Of a stretch of DNA of 29,449 nt, positions 25,522-29,449 are shown in pieces. The translations under genes and the position numbers were made by a program. The stretch is from positions 1-29,449 of the forward strand of contig DATGGC010000052.1 of the NCBI GenBank assembly GCA_035308745.1, in the 5' to 3' direction. Every line of letters begins with the position of its first letter. The first letter of the stretch is position 1. The notes beneath the pieces are model-generated. The model was not told the DNA's origin. It worked only from the letters and a program-made list of their open reading frames with translations, and searched no databases. The stretch comes from Candidatus Limnocylindrales bacterium. Lineage in GTDB: Bacteria; Chloroflexota; Limnocylindria; Limnocylindrales; CSP1-4.

Positions 25522-25683
25522 ATGGCTCACCCGCTCGTTCGCCGATTCCTGACGGTCGTCGTGGTGCTCGTGCTCCTCACTGCGATGGCCGTTGCGGCGG
25601 ATCCCGTCTTTGGTCGTCCAAACACGTGCCCGGACCTGGGCCAGCTCCTTCCGCTCATCGCCGGGTGCCCGCCCGGTCGGTGA
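25522..25683 (+). CDS. 53-aa secreted or membrane peptide with two Cys (absent from ORF track)
   Basis: TAGGCT -10 (25510-15) 6 nt before the ATG; MAHPLVRRFLTVVVVLVLLTAMAVAADPVFGRPNTCPDLGQLLPLIAGCPPGR; it fills the intergenic gap. Confidence 0.62.
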   Translation: MAHPLVRRFLTVVVVLVLLTAMAVAADPVFGRPNTCPDLGQLLPLIAGCPPGR

Positions 25684-25706
25684 CGGGACGTGCCATCGTG
25701 TGGTGC

Positions 25707-26090
25707 GTGACTGATCCCATCACGACCGACGACACGCGGATTGATCGCTGGCTGTGCGCTGTGCGCCTCGTGAAGACCCGCCCCCTCGCGACCCAGCTGT
25801 GCGAGGCCGGCCACGTCGTCGTGAATGGATCGCCGGCCAAGCCGTCAACGAAGGTTCGGGCAGGCGATCGGATCGAGGCGTACATCGCCGATCGCCGGCG
25901 CATCGTCGAGGTGATTCGGCCGATCGAGTCGCGGGTCGGAGCCATCGTCGCCGTGACCTGCTACCTGGACAACAGTCCGCCCGTCGTGCCCGAGGCCAGG
26001 CCAGGGACGGTCCTCGTGCGCGGGGAGGGCCGGCCGAGCAAGCGTCTCCGGCGCGAGTTCGAGCGCCTGCGCCGGGCTGCCGACGCCTGA
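25707..26090 (+). CDS. hslR: RNA-binding S4-domain protein (Hsp15/HslR-like)
   Basis: TRIDRWLCAVRLVKTRPLATQLCEAGHVVVNGSPAKPS..VRAGD; C-terminal RGEGRPSKRLRREFERL. Confidence 0.88.
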   Translation: MTDPITTDDTRIDRWLCAVRLVKTRPLATQLCEAGHVVVNGSPAKPSTKVRAGDRIEAYIADRRRIVEVIRPIESRVGAIVAVTCYLDNSPPVVPEARPGTVLVRGEGRPSKRLRREFERLRRAADA

Positions 26091-26106
26091 GCGCCGGCCT
26101 GGCGAC

Positions 26107-27057
26107 TTAGCGGAGAGCCGCCAGCACAGGCTCCACGACGTCGTCCGCGAGCGCCTGGGGAGACAGGAACCCGACCGGCGCCAGGACGAAGTGACGCGCG
26201 CCGGCCTCGATCAGCCCGTGGATCAGATCCTGGGTCGCGGCAGGGTCGAAGAACCGCGGCAGGACGTCGGCGTTTGGCGAGGCGCCGCCGGCCGCCGTCG
26301 TGGCAACGAGGATCTGGACCGAACGGGTGATCTCGCCGGGATCCCGGCCGATCGCAGCGCAGTGGTCATCGAGGACTGCGCTCTTGCGGCGGAACTCGGC
26401 GATGTCGCCGCGGGTGGGGCAGTTCCAGATGTCGGCCTGCTCGGCGACAACCCGGAGGGCCAGCCGTTCTCCGCCGGCGCCGATCGTGATCGGCGGGCCG
26501 GGCCGCTGGACGGGCTTGGGCTCGCAGATCGCGCCCTTCAGCTGGTAGTAGCGGCCCTCGAAGTCGAATGGCGTGTCCTCGGTCCATAGGCGCTTGATGA
26601 TCGTGCACGCCTCGCCCAGCGCACCGACGGCCTCGCCAGGGGCGACGACCTCGATGCCGTAGGCGTCGAGCTCGCGGTGGACCAGGGCCAACCCGGCAGG
26701 ATCGGCGACGGCGCTGCCGCCGGCACCAATCCCGAACTCGAGCCGGCCGCCGGCAATGATGTCGACGGTCGCCGCCATCTTGGCCAGGACCGCGGGCTGG
26801 CGGATCCGGTTGTTGGTCACGATGATTCCCAGCCGGAGGCGGGTCGTCTGTGCCGCCAGTGCCGCCAGGAGGGTCCAGGCCTCGAGGGCTGGGCCGGTGA
26901 CGTCGCCCCGCAACGGAACGAGGTGGTCCCATAGCCAGGCGTGCTCGAAGACCGCGACCTGGTCCGCTTCCCGCCAGATTCGCTGGATCTCGGCGTACGT
27001 CGTGTTTGCCTGGCTGGTCTTGATTCCAAAGCTGACCCGAGGCCTAGTGACAGCCAT
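26107..27057 (-). CDS. LLM-class F420-dependent oxidoreductase
   Basis: AGGAGGT SD before ATG 27057; FEHAWLWDHL, LEAWTLLAALAAQTTRLRLG, RQPAVLAKMAATVDIIAGGRLEFGIGAG, PKPVQRPGPPITIG. Confidence 0.92.
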   Translation of the reverse strand: MAVTRPRVSFGIKTSQANTTYAEIQRIWREADQVAVFEHAWLWDHLVPLRGDVTGPALEAWTLLAALAAQTTRLRLGIIVTNNRIRQPAVLAKMAATVDIIAGGRLEFGIGAGGSAVADPAGLALVHRELDAYGIEVVAPGEAVGALGEACTIIKRLWTEDTPFDFEGRYYQLKGAICEPKPVQRPGPPITIGAGGERLALRVVAEQADIWNCPTRGDIAEFRRKSAVLDDHCAAIGRDPGEITRSVQILVATTAAGGASPNADVLPRFFDPAATQDLIHGLIEAGARHFVLAPVGFLSPQALADDVVEPVLAALR

Positions 27058-27127
27058 GTGACCTCCTGCGACCATGATATTGGCGACGCGCTCGGGCGAC
27101 GAGCTGGACCAGGGAAGGAGATCGACA

Positions 27128-27511
27128 ATGCTCTCGGACAGTCGGACGCACACAACCCTGCCGAGTGCCGACCTGGCTCGAGCCCGGGCGTTCTATGAAG
27201 GCGTCCTGGGGCTGGTTCCAGAGTTCGCCGAGCCGGGCGGCGTCATGTATGCCACGGCTGGCGGCACCCACTTCCTCGTCTTTCCGTCGAGCGGCCGGGC
27301 ATCCGGTGCCCACACCCAGATCGGCTTTGCCGTTGCCGACATTGGAACGGCGGTCGCCGAACTCAAGGCACTGGGCATCGCCTTCGAGACGTACGACTTC
27401 GATGGCTTCGACCCGGCGAGCTCGATCGCCACGAATGGCGACATCCGGGCGGCCTGGTTCAAGGACCCGGACGGGAATCTCCTGAGCGTCGTCCAGGGCG
27501 CTTCGGTGTAG
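27128..27511 (+). CDS. VOC/glyoxalase-family protein
   Basis: AAGGAG SD before ATG 27128; TLPSADLARARAFYEGVLGL; AAWFKDPDGNLLSV. Confidence 0.92.
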   Translation: MLSDSRTHTTLPSADLARARAFYEGVLGLVPEFAEPGGVMYATAGGTHFLVFPSSGRASGAHTQIGFAVADIGTAVAELKALGIAFETYDFDGFDPASSIATNGDIRAAWFKDPDGNLLSVVQGASV

Positions 27512-27523
27512 CCGGCCCGATTC

Positions 27524-27931
27524 CTACGGGGAGAGCAGCTCGGTGCATGCCGCCATGAGCGCGGCCGGCAGGTACGGCTTCGCCAGGAACTGATCGGCAC
27601 CAGCCGCCAGCGCCGCGTCTCGCTCCGCGGGCAGCACGCTCGCACTCAGGATCAGAACCTTTGGTCGCCGGGAGCCTGCGCGTTCCCGGAGCAGCCTCGC
27701 CACGTCGAGCCCGTCGCCGTCCGGGAGGCGGATGTCGAGCAGGACGAGGTCGTAGTCGGCTCCAGCCAATGCGCCGTACGCGGCGCCCAACGAGCGTGCC
27801 TCGACGACGACCGCCCCGCGCACGCGCGGATCGGGAGCTCGAGCCAGGACGGCCCGCAACAGGAGCAGATTCGTCGGGTCATCCTCGACGACCAGGACTC
27901 TCGGCAGGCTGAGCGGTGCGTCAGGCGGCAT
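27524..27931 (-). CDS. Stand-alone CheY-like receiver protein
   Basis: VLVVEDD, LVLLDIRLPDGDG, ILSAS, FLAKPY; overlaps the upstream kinase stop. Confidence 0.9.
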   Translation of the reverse strand: MPPDAPLSLPRVLVVEDDPTNLLLLRAVLARAPDPRVRGAVVVEARSLGAAYGALAGADYDLVLLDIRLPDGDGLDVARLLRERAGSRRPKVLILSASVLPAERDAALAAGADQFLAKPYLPAALMAACTELLSP

Positions 27932-29449
27932 CACGGGCCCGGCGCGGTCTGGCTGGGATGGCCTGGACGAGCCAGTCGCGGAGTCCGCTCGTTGCGTCCG
28001 GGCCCTTGGTGATGATCCCCAGGATGTGATTGCCGAGACGGGCGCGGTCGGCTTCGGACAGCTTCTGGGCCGTGAGGATCAGGATTGGTGTCGCCTGCGA
28101 CTGGCCGTTGTCCTTCAAGGCGGCGACCACCTCGAAGCCGCTCACCTCGGGCATCACGAGGTCGCAGATCACAAGATCAAATCGGTTGCTCTGGCCAAGC
28201 TCGATCGCCCGCCGCCCGGTCTCGACGCACTCCACGGTGAAGCCTTCCGGGACCAGGGCGGCCTCGACCAGCGCGAGTGCGGCGGGGTCGTCGTCGACGA
28301 CGAGCACCTTGATCGGGCCGGCCTTGACCTTGGTCATGAAGGTGTAGTGCCCGAGACGCTCGAGCAGGGCCGCGCGATCGACCGGCTTGAGGAAGTAATC
28401 CACCGCCCCCAGGGCCAGCCCCACCTCGCGCTCATCGATCACCGTCACGATGATGACCGGTACATCGCGCAGCTCGGCGTCGTCCTTGAGCTGGCGCAGG
28501 ACGTCCCAGCCATCGACCTCGGGCAGGAGCACGTCGAGCAGGATGGCGTCCGGTCGCTGGCGCCTGGCCTCGGCCAATCCCGACGCGCCGTTCGCGGCGA
28601 CCCGGACCGCGTAGCCGTCCGACTCGAGGTACTCGCGCAGCAGGCGAACGGCCCCGAGGTCGTCCTCGATCACGAGGATGCCCGAGCTCGGCGGTCGCTC
28701 ATGGGCGCGTCGCTCGACCCGCAGGTTCGCGCCGCTGGGAGCCGGCGACGGCTGACGCTCGCTGGCGTTTCGTGCCGCTTCGAACAACGTGAAGACGAAG
28801 CGGCTCCCGACAGCGACCGTCGACTCAACGTGGATCGTGCCGCCGTGCGCTTCGACCAGTCGACGGGTCAGGGCCAGTCCGAGTCCGGTTCCGGGCTCCC
28901 GGCCGGCCTGGTCGCCGACCTGCCGGAACTCCTCGAAGACCGCGTGCTGATCCTCTGGGGCAATCCCGACGCCGGTGTCGGTCACCGTGACTTCGAGCAG
29001 GTCCCCGGATCGGCGGCCCTCGACGGTCACGGTCCCGCCATTGGGCGTGAACTTGATCGCGTTCGAGAGCAGGTTGTAGAGGATCTGGCGGAGGCGGCCA
29101 GGATCGGCATTGGCACGCAGCGGCTCGATCCTCGACTCGAGGGTGATGGCCTTTCGGTCGGCGAGCGGCTGGAGGCCAGCCAGCGATTCGGCAACCGCGG
29201 CAGCCAGGTCAACCGGCTCGCAGGCGAGCTCAAGGCGGCCCGCTTCGACCTTGGCCAGGTCGAGCACATCGTTGATCAATCCCAGGAGATGCTGGCCACC
29301 GCGCTTGACGTGGCCAACCCATTCGACCGGCACCGCGACCCGGCCATCGGCCTGGGGTTCGGCATCCATCAGCTCGCTGAAGCCGATGATCGCGTTGAGC
29401 GGCGTCCGCAGGTCGTGGCTCATGCTCGCCAGGAAGTCACTCTTGGCGG
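27921..29449 (-). CDS. Hybrid histidine kinase with two C-terminal REC domains (5' partial)
   Basis: AKSDFLASMSHDLRTPLNAI continues to the window edge; RQILYNLLSNAIKFT, DTGVGI, GTGLGL; REC1 ILLDVLLP..LKPV; REC2 VICDLVMP. Confidence 0.95.
   Translation of the reverse strand, partial: AKSDFLASMSHDLRTPLNAIIGFSELMDAEPQADGRVAVPVEWVGHVKRGGQHLLGLINDVLDLAKVEAGRLELACEPVDLAAAVAESLAGLQPLADRKAITLESRIEPLRANADPGRLRQILYNLLSNAIKFTPNGGTVTVEGRRSGDLLEVTVTDTGVGIAPEDQHAVFEEFRQVGDQAGREPGTGLGLALTRRLVEAHGGTIHVESTVAVGSRFVFTLFEAARNASERQPSPAPSGANLRVERRAHERPPSSGILVIEDDLGAVRLLREYLESDGYAVRVAANGASGLAEARRQRPDAILLDVLLPEVDGWDVLRQLKDDAELRDVPVIIVTVIDEREVGLALGAVDYFLKPVDRAALLERLGHYTFMTKVKAGPIKVLVVDDDPAALALVEAALVPEGFTVECVETGRRAIELGQSNRFDLVICDLVMPEVSGFEVVAALKDNGQSQATPILILTAQKLSEADRARLGNHILGIITKGPDATSGLRDWLVQAIPARPRRARDAA

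Noticed and set aside
1-29449. Mobile elements, tRNA/rRNA, defence systems, RiPP or other biosynthetic cluster
   Set aside because: No transposase, integrase, nuclease, RNA-gene structure or RiPP maturase was recognised.

Overview
High-GC bacterial window (protein style suggests Chloroflexota, possibly Limnocylindria, or another high-GC monoderm; this is inference only). It is densely coding, with about 29 CDS. I found no tRNA, rRNA, CRISPR array or mobile element. Left part: a lipoprotein, a NarL/LuxR two-component pair whose kinase has a PDZ-like extracytoplasmic domain, a lipoprotein HExxH metallopeptidase, a GNAT, a membrane-anchored DUF3494 ice-binding-like protein with a Pro-Thr stalk, a PAS-PAS-GAF-EAL phosphodiesterase, an MFS transporter with a LacI/cre-type operator, an LLM oxidoreductase and EthD. 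Centre (13.1-24.0 kb): a cell-envelope cluster of three GT-C glycosyltransferases, a SapM/AcpA-type phosphoesterase, a Kelch lipoprotein, a YVTN beta-propeller, a 39-aa membrane peptide, an OmpR/MprA-like regulator and kinase, and a DUF347/COG4705 protein. Right part: MarR, two F420-type LLM enzymes, an unannotated 53-aa secreted two-Cys peptide, an S4/Hsp15 protein, a VOC protein, and a truncated hybrid kinase with a stand-alone receiver. The best finding is that four promoters in the central cluster share one architecture, YTCAKGT-N4-YTCAKGT-N8-(T/C)AnnnT. This points to a self-contained, probably autoregulated OmpR-family regulon linking GT-C glycosylation, an extracytoplasmic phosphoesterase, two beta-propellers and DUF347. 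Many genes appear to be leaderless.
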